In this document: positions 10,858-22,076 of the stretch, in pieces
How positions within the stretch are numbered: the stretch's first letter is position 1
Layout of the letters: each line of letters begins with the position of its first letter
DNA from: an uncultured Clostridia bacterium
Lineage (GTDB): Bacteria > Bacillota > Clostridia > Christensenellales > UBA1242
DNA length: 64,000 bases
Assembly (NCBI GenBank): GCA_944377165.1
Contig: CALWEJ010000007.1
Location: 18,375-82,374, forward strand
Direction of reading: 5' to 3'
Made by a program: the position numbers and the translations under genes
The notes under the pieces: generated by a model
Database searches by the model: none
What the model was told of the DNA's origin: nothing
Seen by the model: the letters and a program-made list of their open reading frames with translations, nothing else

Positions 10858-10991
10858 AAACTCTCCTTAAAATCTTAACTATTTTCTACATTGTATTATA
10901 AAAGATATTTATATGCATTACAACTAAAATACTGTATAAGTTGCAAATTACAACAATTTACCAAAAAATTTTCGACAAATTAATGAACATC

Positions 10992-11032
10992 TGTCTATTT
11001 TTATAGACAAAATGTTAGTCAAAATGTAAAAT
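10992..11032 (+). promoter_or_regulatory. TetR operator palindrome overlapping the -35 of a sigma-A promoter
   Basis: TGTCTAT-TTTT-ATAGACA (10992-11009); TAGACA-17-TAAAAT, 6 nt before ATG 11039. Confidence 0.6.
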
Positions 11033-11038
11033 AAAGGT

Positions 11039-11620
11039 ATGATTAAGACTGAATATAAGAACTCAATACAATCTAAACGTAAAATATCTTCAGCTTATCT
11101 TAGTATGCTTTTAGAGCATAAGGGTAAGTTTACTGTTAGTGATATTGTGCGCAAAATTAAGATAAATAGGGGTACATTCTATTTACATTTTAAGAACCTG
11201 GATGAAGTTTCTAATTTTATAGAAAACGAATTAGCAGACAATTTCAAGGTTATCGAACAAGATTTCCGCCTAACCGAGATAGATAAATGCCCTGAAATAA
11301 TACTCGATAAATTAAACGAAATATTTTCGCGCGATATTGAATATTACCGCTTGCTATTAAATTTAGGCGACCAAAATACTTTAATCAACAAAATTAAGGG
11401 TTATATTATTAATTCAATTTCCAACAACTTTAAAGTTATGAAGTACGTTATGAACCACGAAAATTTTAAAGTAGTTGTGCAGTATATTGTAGGCGGAGTT
11501 ATGAACACGTATGTAGATTGGTTTAAAGGGAAAATCGACTGTGAACTACCTAAACTTAGCGCCCTACTTGCAAAAATGATTAAAGAAGGTTTACGAGGAG
11601 TTATTAGATATGGTATCTAA
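11039..11620 (+). CDS. TetR/AcrR family transcriptional regulator
   Basis: N-terminal HTH TVSDIVRKIKINRGTFYLHF. Confidence 0.9.
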   Translation: MIKTEYKNSIQSKRKISSAYLSMLLEHKGKFTVSDIVRKIKINRGTFYLHFKNLDEVSNFIENELADNFKVIEQDFRLTEIDKCPEIILDKLNEIFSRDIEYYRLLLNLGDQNTLINKIKGYIINSISNNFKVMKYVMNHENFKVVVQYIVGGVMNTYVDWFKGKIDCELPKLSALLAKMIKEGLRGVIRYGI

Positions 11621-12875
11621 CATAATAGATTACGGAATGCACGGCGAAGGTGTCGCTATTATAGACGGGAAAGTATTTTTAGTTAGTGGCGCGCTTGTCG
11701 GTGAAAGTGTAGATATTTCATTATTAGAAGATAAAGGCAATTATGCTATTGCAAAAATAAACAATATAATTAGCTTAAGTACGCATCGTGTCCAGCCAAA
11801 ATGTAAATATTTTGGTCAATGTGGCGGTTGTCAACTACAAATGATGGACTACGAAGAGCAATTAAAATTTAAAACGCTTTTAATTAAGAAAACCATACGA
11901 AAAATTCTTAACCTAGATATTAATGTGGCGGACACAGTTGCGTGTGATAAACAGTATAATTACAGAAATAAGGCGAGTTTTAGCTATAGTGACGGAAAGT
12001 TCGGATATTACAAAGAGAAGTCTAAAAACGTTTTGGATATTGATTATTGTCCTATACAATCTGATACTATTAACAACATTTATAGTTTTATCAAACAACA
12101 TCTTATTCCGTCAAGCCTTAACGATATAAAGCATATAATCATACGTGCTATCGGTATTCAAACGTTAGTGTGTATTGTGGCTAGCAAATATATTGATTTA
12201 TCCTATTTATATAAATTGCTATCAGAAAATTTTTATAATATAGGATTATATTTGAATATAAATACGCGAAAAGATTCGGTTGTATTGTCGGGCACATTAA
12301 AACACATAGGCGGTTTAAAAGAAATAACTGTAAATAATTTTGGATTAACATACACAATAGACATTTCCGCTTTCCAGCAAACAAATAATGACGTTCAAAA
12401 TAAGTTGTATAGTAGTGTCTTAGAATTTATTCCAGATAATGCAACAGTTGTAAATGGATTTAGTGGCAATGGCTTGTTGTCCGCTATAATTGCGAAACGT
12501 GCTAAGTACGTTTATGGTATAGAAATTAATAAAAGCGCGCATTTTAGTGCTGAAAAATTAAAATTCGACAATAATATTAGAAATTTATCAAATATTTTAG
12601 GAGATTTCTATAAAAAATTTGACACATTACGCGACAAATTTGATACAATAGTTTTAGACCCAACAAAGAAAGGTTGTGGTAAGCAAGTTATGCAGGCGAT
12701 AGATGGCACTGAAAATATTATTTACATTTCTTGTAATCCCATTGCTCTATGCAAGGACTTGCGCGTGATTTTAGACAATTATATAATCGAAGAAATTATT
12801 CCGTTCGATATGTTCCCAAACACTGAGAACGTAGAAACATTAGTTAAATTAAAAAGGAGAATAAAATGGTTTTAA
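11610..12875 (+). CDS. rlmD: 23S rRNA (uracil-5)-methyltransferase RlmD/RumA
   Basis: TRAM domain, CKYFGQCGGCQ Fe-S motif, YNYRNK, FQQTN, YISCNP, DMFPNT. Confidence 0.88.
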   Translation: MVSNIIDYGMHGEGVAIIDGKVFLVSGALVGESVDISLLEDKGNYAIAKINNIISLSTHRVQPKCKYFGQCGGCQLQMMDYEEQLKFKTLLIKKTIRKILNLDINVADTVACDKQYNYRNKASFSYSDGKFGYYKEKSKNVLDIDYCPIQSDTINNIYSFIKQHLIPSSLNDIKHIIIRAIGIQTLVCIVASKYIDLSYLYKLLSENFYNIGLYLNINTRKDSVVLSGTLKHIGGLKEITVNNFGLTYTIDISAFQQTNNDVQNKLYSSVLEFIPDNATVVNGFSGNGLLSAIIAKRAKYVYGIEINKSAHFSAEKLKFDNNIRNLSNILGDFYKKFDTLRDKFDTIVLDPTKKGCGKQVMQAIDGTENIIYISCNPIALCKDLRVILDNYIIEEIIPFDMFPNTENVETLVKLKRRIKWF

Positions 12876-13711
12876 GTACCGATTCAACCGCTAATTTACC
12901 AAAAGAATATTATGAAAAATATGACATTAAAATGATTCCTATGAAGATAACCGTTGACGATGTCACGTACGACGATTTAAGTAAAGATTTGCCGATAGAC
13001 AAATTCTATGAAAAGTTAAGACAAGGCTCTACCGCCACCACAGCACAAATAAATGAATTTAGTGCTAACGAATATTTTACAGAACTATTAAAATCAGGCG
13101 AAGATATCTTACATATAGGATTTTCATCTCAACTAAGCGGTAGCACTGCTACCCTTAAGCGCGTAGCAGAAGAATTAAATGCTACACATAAAAATAAAAT
13201 AATCGTTATAGATTCGTTAAATGCATCTGTAGGGCAAGGCATATTAGTTATGCACGCACTAGATATGAAAAATGAAGGAAAGTCTATCGACGAAATTGCT
13301 AGTGCTATTGAAAAATTAATACCTTATTCGTGCAGTTATTTTACAGTGGAACAATTAAAATATTTAGTCCGTGGCGGACGTGTAGGTAAATTCTCAGGAA
13401 TTGTCGGCGCACTTTTAAATATTAAACCTGTACTTAGAGTTGACCCACTTGGACGACTTGTCAGCTATAAAAAAGTCATTTCGCGAAAAAAGTCTATAAA
13501 TGAAATGTTAAACATTGTGAAAGAAAAGATTGCGGACAAAAAATATGTCTTTATAGCGCACGCAGTATGCAAAGATGAAGCAGACGATTTCGCTAAACAA
13601 TTAAATGATATGTTAGGAGTTGACCCTATCGTCACCGACCTAACACAAGTTATCGGTTGTCACACTGGCCCCGGTCTTTTAGCTGTATTCTTTATCGGTA
13701 AAGAAAAATAA
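12866..13711 (+). CDS. DegV family fatty-acid-binding protein
   Basis: STDSTANL, TAQIN, FSSQLSG, YLVRGGR, NIKPVL, HTGPG. Confidence 0.92.
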   Translation: MVLSTDSTANLPKEYYEKYDIKMIPMKITVDDVTYDDLSKDLPIDKFYEKLRQGSTATTAQINEFSANEYFTELLKSGEDILHIGFSSQLSGSTATLKRVAEELNATHKNKIIVIDSLNASVGQGILVMHALDMKNEGKSIDEIASAIEKLIPYSCSYFTVEQLKYLVRGGRVGKFSGIVGALLNIKPVLRVDPLGRLVSYKKVISRKKSINEMLNIVKEKIADKKYVFIAHAVCKDEADDFAKQLNDMLGVDPIVTDLTQVIGCHTGPGLLAVFFIGKEK

Positions 13712-14069
13712 TCTTTTGTGTCAATCTTATTAATATATTGTTATAATTTATTGATATATTGTAATTAATGCATTTTATCGCTAAAACATATTGTAAATGC
13801 TTACATAATACTTCCAAATTTAATAGTCTTTTAATAGTCTAATAATTTTTTAAATACTGCTTAATATTCGCATAATATGATATGATATCAATTGTATTAC
13901 ATTATATTATATAATAATATTATTAATCGTATTGTGAACATTTAATTTATTATAGTTAGCATAATCAATATTGTATGACAAAGTATAATGTTTATTAATA
14001 TGTTATATAGTATAGTAATCGACATAATAAATTAACATTATTTCATAATATTAATAAAATAATTAGCAA

Positions 14070-14104
14070 AAATAAAAGGTACGGTGCATTTTACCTTTTA
14101 TTTT
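14070..14104. terminator. Bidirectional terminator between degV and crp
   Basis: AATAAAAGGTA...TACCTTTTATT stem. Confidence 0.55.
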
Positions 14105-14202
14105 TTATTTCGTTATTTGTAAATAGATATATTGGTATTTAAAAAATTTAATATTAATATTTATATCCCTTCTTTTAAATTATGTACTTAATTTAATTTC
14201 TT

Positions 14203-14874
14203 TTATTCATTTACTTTACGTATTATACGATATTCTTTCTTGTCAAAGTCGATAATTCCTTCTTTCTTCATTTTACTTAGTTCACTACTCATTGCGCTTC
14301 TATCAACAGATAAATAATTACTAAGTTCAGTTTTATTAAATGGTATTTCAAAATATGGCGACCCTGATTTTTCACTCATATACGCAAAGTATGACATAAG
14401 CTTTTCCCTTGTGCTCTTTTTTGACATATGCGACAACTTATTTATTAAACTAATGCTGTTCTCTGCCACTATCTTCATTAGATTTTTAGTTATAATATCG
14501 TGACGCTTACATCTATTTTCGCACGGAGTAATCAGTCTATGCTTATTCATAAAAAGGACTAAGCATTTTTCGCTCGCCACCACACTATCTTTATAAATTT
14601 TTTCTCCAGCGTATGCCATTTCAAGCCCATAAGCCTCGCCTCTATTTATTTGAGAGAGAATAGAAATATTGCCTAAACTATCTATATTTTCGACAATAGC
14701 GCTACCTTTTAATAGCAATATTACGTCATCAATCGCATCGCCTTGAGATATAATTTTTTCATTTTTGTCAAATGTTTTGAAGCGAGTTTTGAAACAAAAC
14801 ATCATCGCTTGACAGTCAAATTCATTCGAATCTTTAAAAATTTTTGTCGCTTTCAACTCATTAAAATGTTCCAC
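14203..14874 (-). CDS. Crp/Fnr family transcriptional regulator
   Basis: cNMP-like domain, C-terminal HTH ELSNYLSVDRSAMSSELSKMKKEG, CxxxC (PCENRC); GTG start at 14874 after GGAGG. Confidence 0.9.
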   Translation of the reverse strand: MEHFNELKATKIFKDSNEFDCQAMMFCFKTRFKTFDKNEKIISQGDAIDDVILLLKGSAIVENIDSLGNISILSQINRGEAYGLEMAYAGEKIYKDSVVASEKCLVLFMNKHRLITPCENRCKRHDIITKNLMKIVAENSISLINKLSHMSKKSTREKLMSYFAYMSEKSGSPYFEIPFNKTELSNYLSVDRSAMSSELSKMKKEGIIDFDKKEYRIIRKVNE

Positions 14875-14938
14875 AAAACCTCCAATTTGTTGCAAAAACA
14901 ACACTTTTTACACTTTTATTATAGTATAATAGTCGTGT

Positions 14939-14958
14939 AAAGTCAAATATCTGACTTT
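14939..14958. promoter_or_regulatory. CRP/FNR-style palindrome between crp and nrdD
   Basis: AAAGTCA-AATATC-TGACTTT (7-6-7); overlaps the -35 (TTGACT-17-TATAAT) of the crp promoter. Confidence 0.55.
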
Positions 14959-14974
14959 TAATATGGAGGAAAAA

Positions 14975-17140
14975 ATGAAAGTTATTAAGCGAGATGGACA
15001 AGAAGTTATCTTCGATCCAGCCAAAATTAAACTAGCAGTTATTAAGGGGAATAACTCGGTCGATGAGGTTAGTAAACGTTTAACGGACGCGCAGATTGAC
15101 GCGATTACAAGTTCGGTTGAAAAACAGTGCCTTAGTTTAGGTCGTGCAGTCGGTGTTGAAGAAATTCAAGATATGGTTATTAAAGCCATTATTAACGAGC
15201 GCGCTTCCGAAGTTGCTACTAATTATATTACATATAGATATAATAGAGCACTAACTAGACAAGCGAATACTACTGATAAAAATGTCCTTTCGCTTATTGA
15301 TTGTACTAATGAGGAAGTTAAGCAAGAGAACAGTAATAAAAACCCTACTATAAATAGTGTGCAACGTGATTATATGGCAGGTGAAATGAGTAAAGATTTG
15401 ACAAAAAGATTTTTACTTCCACCGCATATTTGGAAGGCGCACGAAGAAGGATTAATCCACTTCCACGACGCAGATTATTTTGCACAACGTATGCACAACT
15501 GTGATTTGGTTAACTTGGAAGATATGTTGCAAAATGGCACAGTTATATCTAACACATTAATCGAGCGTCCGCATTCATTCTCTACTGCTTGTAATATTGC
15601 GACCCAAATTGTTGCGCAAGTAGCTTCTAGTCAATACGGCGGTCAAAGTATAAGTTTGGCGCACCTTGCCCCATTCGTTGACGTAAGCAGACAAAAAATT
15701 AGGTCTGAAGTTATTGAAGAATTAAAATCTGCCGGCGCTGAATTGGACGAAGCCGTTATTCATAATATAACTGAAAGCCGTGTTAGAAAAGAAGTTAATC
15801 GCGGTGTACAGACTATTCAATATCAGGTTATCACGCTTATGACAACTAACGGTCAAGCGCCTTTCGTGACTGAATTCCTATACCTTGGCGAAGCTAAAAA
15901 TGAACGTGAGCGCGAAGATTTAGCAATGATTATTGAAGAAACTCTTGAACAACGTTATACGGGTGTAAAAAACGAAAAGGGCGTTTATATAACCCCAGCC
16001 TTCCCAAAAATTATTTATGTGCTTGAAGAGGATAACATTCACCCAGATAGTAAATACTACTATCTAACTAAATTAGCTGCTAAATGTACTGCTAAACGTC
16101 TAGTCCCTGATTACATCAGCGAAAAGAAGATGAAAGAGTTAAAAGAAGGAAATTGTTTCCCTGTTATGGGTTGCAGAAGCTGTCTTAACCCTTGGAAAGA
16201 CGAAAACGGAAATTACAAGTTCTACGGCCGATTCAATCAAGGTGTTGTCACTATCAACTTAGTTGACGTTGCACTATCTAGCGGTGGAGATTACAAAAAA
16301 TTCTGGCAAATCTTTGACGAACGCCTTGAGTTGTGTCGTGAAGCTTTAATGTGCCGTCACAATAGATTAAAGGGAACAGTTAGCGACGTCGCTCCTATTT
16401 TGTGGCAACACGGCGCAATAGCACGTTTAAAGCCGGGCGAAAAGATTGATAAACTTCTTTACGGCGGATATTCTACAATTTCGCTTGGATATGCTGGACT
16501 ATATGAATGCGTAAAATATATGACCGGTAAATCGCATACTGACCCTGAGGCAACTCCTTTTGCTATCGAAGTTATGAAGCATATGAACGATAAATGCACT
16601 GAGTGGAGAAAAGCAACAAATATTTACTTCTCTATCTATGGTACACCACTTGAGAGCACTACATATAAGTTCGCTAAATCATTGCAACGTAGATTCGGTA
16701 TCATTCCTGGAATCACTGATAAGAACTATATCACAAATAGTTATCACATTCACGTGACTGAACATATCAACGCATTTGATAAGCTCGCATTTGAGAGTCA
16801 ATTCCAAGCATTATCTACAGGTGGGGCAATAAGTTATGTCGAAGTTCCTAATATGCAAGATAATATCGAAGCTGTACTACAAGTTATTAAATTCATTTAT
16901 GACAACATTATGTATGCAGAACTTAATACAAAATCAGATTATTGTCAGGTATGCGGTTATGACGGCGAAATTGTCATTGAAGAAGACCAAGACGGAAAGC
17001 TTATTTGGAAATGCCCAAATTGTGGCAATAAAGACCAAACAAAAATGAATGTAGCGCGTAGGACTTGTGGTTATATCGGAAGTCAATTCTGGAATCAAGG
17101 CAGAACTCAAGAAATAAGAGATAGAGTGCTTCATTTATAA
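14975..17140 (+). CDS. nrdD: Anaerobic (class III) ribonucleoside-triphosphate reductase
   Basis: ATP cone MKVIKRDG, HNC, MGCRS, GRFNQGVV, zinc site CQVC/CPNC, glycyl radical RRTCGY; GGAGG RBS before ATG 14975. Confidence 0.97.
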   Translation: MKVIKRDGQEVIFDPAKIKLAVIKGNNSVDEVSKRLTDAQIDAITSSVEKQCLSLGRAVGVEEIQDMVIKAIINERASEVATNYITYRYNRALTRQANTTDKNVLSLIDCTNEEVKQENSNKNPTINSVQRDYMAGEMSKDLTKRFLLPPHIWKAHEEGLIHFHDADYFAQRMHNCDLVNLEDMLQNGTVISNTLIERPHSFSTACNIATQIVAQVASSQYGGQSISLAHLAPFVDVSRQKIRSEVIEELKSAGAELDEAVIHNITESRVRKEVNRGVQTIQYQVITLMTTNGQAPFVTEFLYLGEAKNEREREDLAMIIEETLEQRYTGVKNEKGVYITPAFPKIIYVLEEDNIHPDSKYYYLTKLAAKCTAKRLVPDYISEKKMKELKEGNCFPVMGCRSCLNPWKDENGNYKFYGRFNQGVVTINLVDVALSSGGDYKKFWQIFDERLELCREALMCRHNRLKGTVSDVAPILWQHGAIARLKPGEKIDKLLYGGYSTISLGYAGLYECVKYMTGKSHTDPEATPFAIEVMKHMNDKCTEWRKATNIYFSIYGTPLESTTYKFAKSLQRRFGIIPGITDKNYITNSYHIHVTEHINAFDKLAFESQFQALSTGGAISYVEVPNMQDNIEAVLQVIKFIYDNIMYAELNTKSDYCQVCGYDGEIVIEEDQDGKLIWKCPNCGNKDQTKMNVARRTCGYIGSQFWNQGRTQEIRDRVLHL

Positions 17141-17347
17141 AAAATAATTGTTATCTTTATAATCAAACAAAAAACAATTTAAAATTTTATTTAGATACAA
17201 ATTAATATTTTAAATAAAAAATATTAGAAAAATATTTAAAAATTATTAAAAAACCTATTATAATTCAATAAAAATATACGAAAATCTTAAAAATAACAGA
17301 AAATTTATTATTTCATATAATTTAATTATTAAAATTTAGGACTTATT

Positions 17348-17902
17348 ATGAATTATGGAAATATAAAATACAACGATATAGCGAATGGCGAAGGCGTACG
17401 TACTTCGCTTTTCGTTAGTGGTTGTACGCATCATTGCAAGAACTGTTTTAATCCAGAGACGTGGGACTTTAATTATGGAAAGCCATTTACTAGCGAAGTG
17501 GAAAAAGAAATTATTGAGAGTTTAAAGCCTATTCACATTAATGGACTAACGATTTTAGGTGGCGAGCCTATGGAACCCAGCAATCAAAAAGTGCTTTTAC
17601 CATTTGTAAAAAAGGTTAAAGAAATGTATCCTAATAAAACAATTTGGTGCTATACCGGTTATTTATTCGATAGTGAACTATTAAATAACAGTCGCGCGCA
17701 TTGCCCTTGGACACGCGAATTATTGTCATATATTGATATAATAGTTGACGGAGAGTTTAAAGAAGATTTAAAAGATATAACTTTGAGATTTAAAGGGTCT
17801 AGTAATCAGCGCGTAATTGACGTACAAAAAAGTTTAGAGTCAAATAGTGTAGTTTTAAGTCCATATAACGAAAAACGCAGTAAAAATTTTTATGGGAATT
17901 AA
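17348..17902 (+). CDS. nrdG: Anaerobic RNR activating protein (radical SAM)
   Basis: DIANGEGVRTSLFVSGCTHHCKNCFN, GGEP, VDGEF, GSSNQR. Confidence 0.96.
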   Translation: MNYGNIKYNDIANGEGVRTSLFVSGCTHHCKNCFNPETWDFNYGKPFTSEVEKEIIESLKPIHINGLTILGGEPMEPSNQKVLLPFVKKVKEMYPNKTIWCYTGYLFDSELLNNSRAHCPWTRELLSYIDIIVDGEFKEDLKDITLRFKGSSNQRVIDVQKSLESNSVVLSPYNEKRSKNFYGN

Positions 17903-17905
17903 AAT

Positions 17906-18064
17906 ATGAGTAAAATTAAAATTTTAAAACGACTTCCTAAATCTAAAAAAATTAAAAGCACAAAGAAAATGCGTAAATCTAACTATTCGTCAAATAATGC
18001 AAACGATAAATATTTAAATTTCTATGATGATATTAAAATAAGTTCGAAAAAATATGATTGGTAA
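17906..18064 (+). CDS. Putative 52-aa basic small protein
   Basis: MSKIKILKRLPKSKKIKSTKKMRKSNYSSNNANDKYLNFYDDIKISSKKYDW; starts 3 nt after the nrdG stop; below the ORF-track length cutoff. Confidence 0.45.
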   Translation: MSKIKILKRLPKSKKIKSTKKMRKSNYSSNNANDKYLNFYDDIKISSKKYDW

Positions 18065-18569
18065 ACTTATTAAAAATAAAAAATAATCAAAAACAAATAA
18101 TTTTAATGCAAAAGGAATTAAAAATATCATTATAATTATAAAATTTGTAAAAAATACAATATTTATTAAAAATAATTAAATTAAAAATATTATTTTGAAT
18201 TAAAAATACAAGATTTTAGAAAATATTAATAGGTTTTTCAATAATTATAAAATTGTTTTATTAACCCATTAATTAGAAATTTAATTTTAATAAATAAAAA
18301 TAGAGCATAAAATATGCTCTATTTTTTAATACATTTATTTTAATTTTTATATATTTTATTCATATACTTTATAAATTTAACAACTAAAATTTACTAATAT
18401 CATAATTCAAGTTTTATTAATCTAATAATTTAAACATTTTTAAACATTATAATTTAATATTTTCAATATTGAGATTATTTTTCAATTTTTCGTGATATTT
18501 ATAATAAAACTAAAAATTAATTAAAAATATATAAAATTATGCTAAAATTTAATTATAAATTAATAATTA

Positions 18570-19412
18570 TTATATTTTTTCTTTAAATTTTTTATTTTTT
18601 CTTTTTTCAACAATATAACCAATAAGTAAAAGAATTCCGCTAACTAAAATGGTAGTTCCAATACAGACAATTATACAATTAGCACGATTTAAAACATTAT
18701 AATAAAAGGTCACATTAGTAGATATATTATTAGGCTCAACTTCCCAAGTATGATAGTACTCCCCATTAAGATTAGTTATATAGTCTGCGTCACTATGCTC
18801 TCGCCTACTATCTGTCACATATGTGTATAGCAGTTTATTTTCTTGATTAATAAAATTTGGATATTCGCTAATTATTTCATCATAAATTTTATTATAGAGT
18901 GCGCTATAATCTGCGAACATTGATGACGATGAATAATAGATTTTATCATAAAGAAAATGTTCCTCCGTACTAACTTTAGTTTCGCTAATATTTTTCATAT
19001 TGTAGTAATATCTATAAACATCTGCATTTTTAAATCGCAATCCAACGACAAAAGTATTATTCTCCCATTCATTTAAATATAGAATTTCAATACCATCTTG
19101 ATAGCTAGCTAAAATTTTTCGTGTTTCGTCCGTACTTAACAAAATGTCTTGCGCTAATTCAAATTTAAATTGATTAATAATTGCTTGTGCTTCACGAACG
19201 GAAACATTCTCGACTTTTGTTTTAATTTCGTCCATAGTATAACCTGAACTAGTAATAGTTCCTTCGTCTAAACTAATATATACAAGCTCATCTACAGTTC
19301 CGTCGTCGTTGAGTACAGTCATTGCTCTAACTTCACTACAAGCGGAAAAACAAATAGTCACTAACAGAAGTAAACAAATGAACATAACTTTAACTGCACT
19401 TTTCTTTGCCAT
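18570..19412 (-). CDS. Putative lipoprotein with C-terminal TM helix
   Basis: Signal peptide with lipobox FSAC; C-terminal hydrophobic helix and basic tail. Confidence 0.7.
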   Translation of the reverse strand: MAKKSAVKVMFICLLLLVTICFSACSEVRAMTVLNDDGTVDELVYISLDEGTITSSGYTMDEIKTKVENVSVREAQAIINQFKFELAQDILLSTDETRKILASYQDGIEILYLNEWENNTFVVGLRFKNADVYRYYYNMKNISETKVSTEEHFLYDKIYYSSSSMFADYSALYNKIYDEIISEYPNFINQENKLLYTYVTDSRREHSDADYITNLNGEYYHTWEVEPNNISTNVTFYYNVLNRANCIIVCIGTTILVSGILLLIGYIVEKRKNKKFKEKI

Positions 19413-19578
19413 TAATCCCCCTATATAATATATTTATCTTATTATATTATATAATACAATTTTTATTTTTATAGGTAAACAAAAATTAATAAAATATTGA
19501 ATTTTAAAATCTGATTTTTTATTAAAATTTTCTCTTTAAATAGATATAAAAATAAGAGTGGTTTCCCACTCCTATTTA

Positions 19579-22068
19579 TTAGTCGTTATTTTCTTCTTCC
19601 ACCGTGTCAGAATCTGAATCGGATTCATCTCTATCTACAACGGCGACACTAACTACTGCGTCACTTGCGCTGACTTTCATAAGTCGTACACCAAGGCTAG
19701 TCCTAGAAACAAGGTTAATAGAATCTGCGTGTGTTCTAATCATAACTCCGTCGCTAGATATTGCTAAAATATCATTGTCGGCAGTAATTGCTCGCATTGC
19801 GACAACTTTACCTGTCTTATCATTGAACACACCTGCTTTAATTCCCTTGCCGTGTCTATTCTGCAATCTATAATCTTCTGGCTTACTACGTTTAGCATAA
19901 CCCTTTTCTGTGACAGTTAAAATGTCTTTATTAGGGTCAAGGACAATCATATCAATAACATTTTCGTCGCTATCAATCTTCATACTCTTAACACCCTGAC
20001 TTGTTCTACCTTGTGGGCGAATATTCTTTTCAGAGAAACGTAAACATTTACCATTATCACTAGCGATTAACAATTCGTCGTTAGGATGAACGATTTTAGC
20101 GCTAACTAGACTATCGTCGTCTAGTAATTTTATAGCTAATTTACCATTTTTCCTTACATTTTCGAATTCAGAGAGTTTTGTTTTCTTAATAAGTCCTTTT
20201 TGAGTAGCAAGAACAAGGTATGCATCTTGCGACTTATCAAATTTTATAATAGTATTAATCTTTTCGTCTGCGTCTAAAGGAAGCAAGTTAACTAGTGCTC
20301 TCCCCTTATTTTGTCTGCCCGCTTCTGGAATATTGTAAGCTTTTAACACATACACTTTTCCGCGAGTAGAGAAGAACATCAAGTCGTCGTGGCTGTTAGC
20401 AACGAACATATCAGATATAAAGTCTTCTTCCTTAGTCTTATGCGCATTAACACCGCGGCCACCTCTATGTTGTGACTTGTATTCGCTAACTGGTAAGCGC
20501 TTCACATATCCTTGATTTGTGAGTGATATAACAACGTCGTGACGTTCAATTAAGTCACCTATATCAATATCGTCATAATCTAATATTATTTCTGATTTAC
20601 GTGGAGTAGGATATTTTTCTTTAATCTCCAATAATTCTTCTTTTATAATATCGTCAATCTTATGTTCGTCCGCCAATATACCTTTTAGTTTAGCGATAGT
20701 TAAGTCAAGTTCATTTAATTCTTCTTTTAACTTCTCAACTTCAAGTCCTGTTAGACGTGATAATTTCATTTCAAGGATAGCATTTGCTTGTCTATCACTT
20801 AAACCGAAAGTGTCAATGAGTCGCGCACAAGCATTATTTTTATCACTACTTGTCTTGATGATTTTAATAACTTCATCTATATTGTTTACCGCGATAACTA
20901 AGCCTGCTAAAATATGTTCGCGCTCTTCCGCCTTATTTAAATCAAACTTTGTTCTACGCGTAATAACTTCGCGTTGGAAAGAAAGGTAGTGGAACAAAAT
21001 CTCTTGCAAATTCAAAACTTTAGGTTCACCGTTCACAAGAGCTAAAAGGATTATTCCGCTAGATAATTGTAATTGCGTTTGCTTATAAAGTAGGTTAAGA
21101 ACAACTTGCGGATTGGCATCTCTTTTTAACTCAATAACGATACGCATACCGTCCCTATCCGACTCGTCACGTATATCGCTAATACCTTCAATTTTCTTAT
21201 CTTTAACTAATCCTGCAATTTGCTGGATAAGTTTAGATTTATTTACCTGATAAGGAATAGCATTAACTACAATTCTCCAACGTTTTCCCTCGTCGTACGA
21301 TTCAATTTCGGTCTTAGCGCGCATAACAACACCGCCACGACCTGTTTTATATGCCTGTCTAATAGCATTATTACCTAAGATTTCTCCACCTGTTGGAAAG
21401 TCTGGAGCAGGTATATATTGCATAAGTTCGTCAATCGTGATATTTGGATTATCTATCATTGCGACGACAGCATCTATTGTTTCATTAAGGTTGTGTGGTG
21501 GTATATTTGTAGCCATACCTACGGCAATACCGTCACTACCGTTTACTAGCAGATTAGGGAACCTACTAGGCAAAACAGTAGGTTCAAGCGCGGTCGTATC
21601 AAAGTTAGGCATAAAATCGACTGTATCTTTGTCTATATCGCGCAACAATTCGCTAGCAATTTTACTTAATCTTGCCTCAGTATAACGCATTGCAGCCGCT
21701 GGGTCGCCGTCCACACTACCAAAGTTTCCGTGTCCGTCAACAAGCGGTTCATTAATAGTAAAGTCTTGTGCTAGACGCACCATTGCGTCATAAACTGAAC
21801 TATCGCCGTGCGGATGATATTTACCTAAAACTTCACCGACAACCTTAACACTTTTTCTAAAAGGTTTATCGCTAGTTAGTCCAATCTCATTCATAGCGTG
21901 CAAAATACGTCTATGGACAGGCTTTAATCCATCTCTAACATCTGGTATCGCACGCGAAACATTAACCGCCATAGCATAAGCAATAAATGATTCTTTCATT
22001 TCGTGCTCAATATCTATATCAATATATCGCGTATTATCAATCTTCTCAAAAATGTTTTTATCTTTCAT
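19579..22068 (-). CDS. gyrA: DNA gyrase subunit A
   Basis: [29 protein letters not shown], GyrA-box QHRGGRG. Confidence 0.98.
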   Translation of the reverse strand: MKDKNIFEKIDNTRYIDIDIEHEMKESFIAYAMAVNVSRAIPDVRDGLKPVHRRILHAMNEIGLTSDKPFRKSVKVVGEVLGKYHPHGDSSVYDAMVRLAQDFTINEPLVDGHGNFGSVDGDPAAAMRYTEARLSKIASELLRDIDKDTVDFMPNFDTTALEPTVLPSRFPNLLVNGSDGIAVGMATNIPPHNLNETIDAVVAMIDNPNITIDELMQYIPAPDFPTGGEILGNNAIRQAYKTGRGGVVMRAKTEIESYDEGKRWRIVVNAIPYQVNKSKLIQQIAGLVKDKKIEGISDIRDESDRDGMRIVIELKRDANPQVVLNLLYKQTQLQLSSGIILLALVNGEPKVLNLQEILFHYLSFQREVITRRTKFDLNKAEEREHILAGLVIAVNNIDEVIKIIKTSSDKNNACARLIDTFGLSDRQANAILEMKLSRLTGLEVEKLKEELNELDLTIAKLKGILADEHKIDDIIKEELLEIKEKYPTPRKSEIILDYDDIDIGDLIERHDVVISLTNQGYVKRLPVSEYKSQHRGGRGVNAHKTKEEDFISDMFVANSHDDLMFFSTRGKVYVLKAYNIPEAGRQNKGRALVNLLPLDADEKINTIIKFDKSQDAYLVLATQKGLIKKTKLSEFENVRKNGKLAIKLLDDDSLVSAKIVHPNDELLIASDNGKCLRFSEKNIRPQGRTSQGVKSMKIDSDENVIDMIVLDPNKDILTVTEKGYAKRSKPEDYRLQNRHGKGIKAGVFNDKTGKVVAMRAITADNDILAISSDGVMIRTHADSINLVSRTSLGVRLMKVSASDAVVSVAVVDRDESDSDSDTVEEENND

Positions 22069-22076
22069 ACTTTCTC

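Noticed and set aside
9766-13890. TTCGCATAA words resembling a dif XerC arm (about 9768 and 13867)
   Set aside because: No matching XerD arm (TTATGT...) 6 bp away
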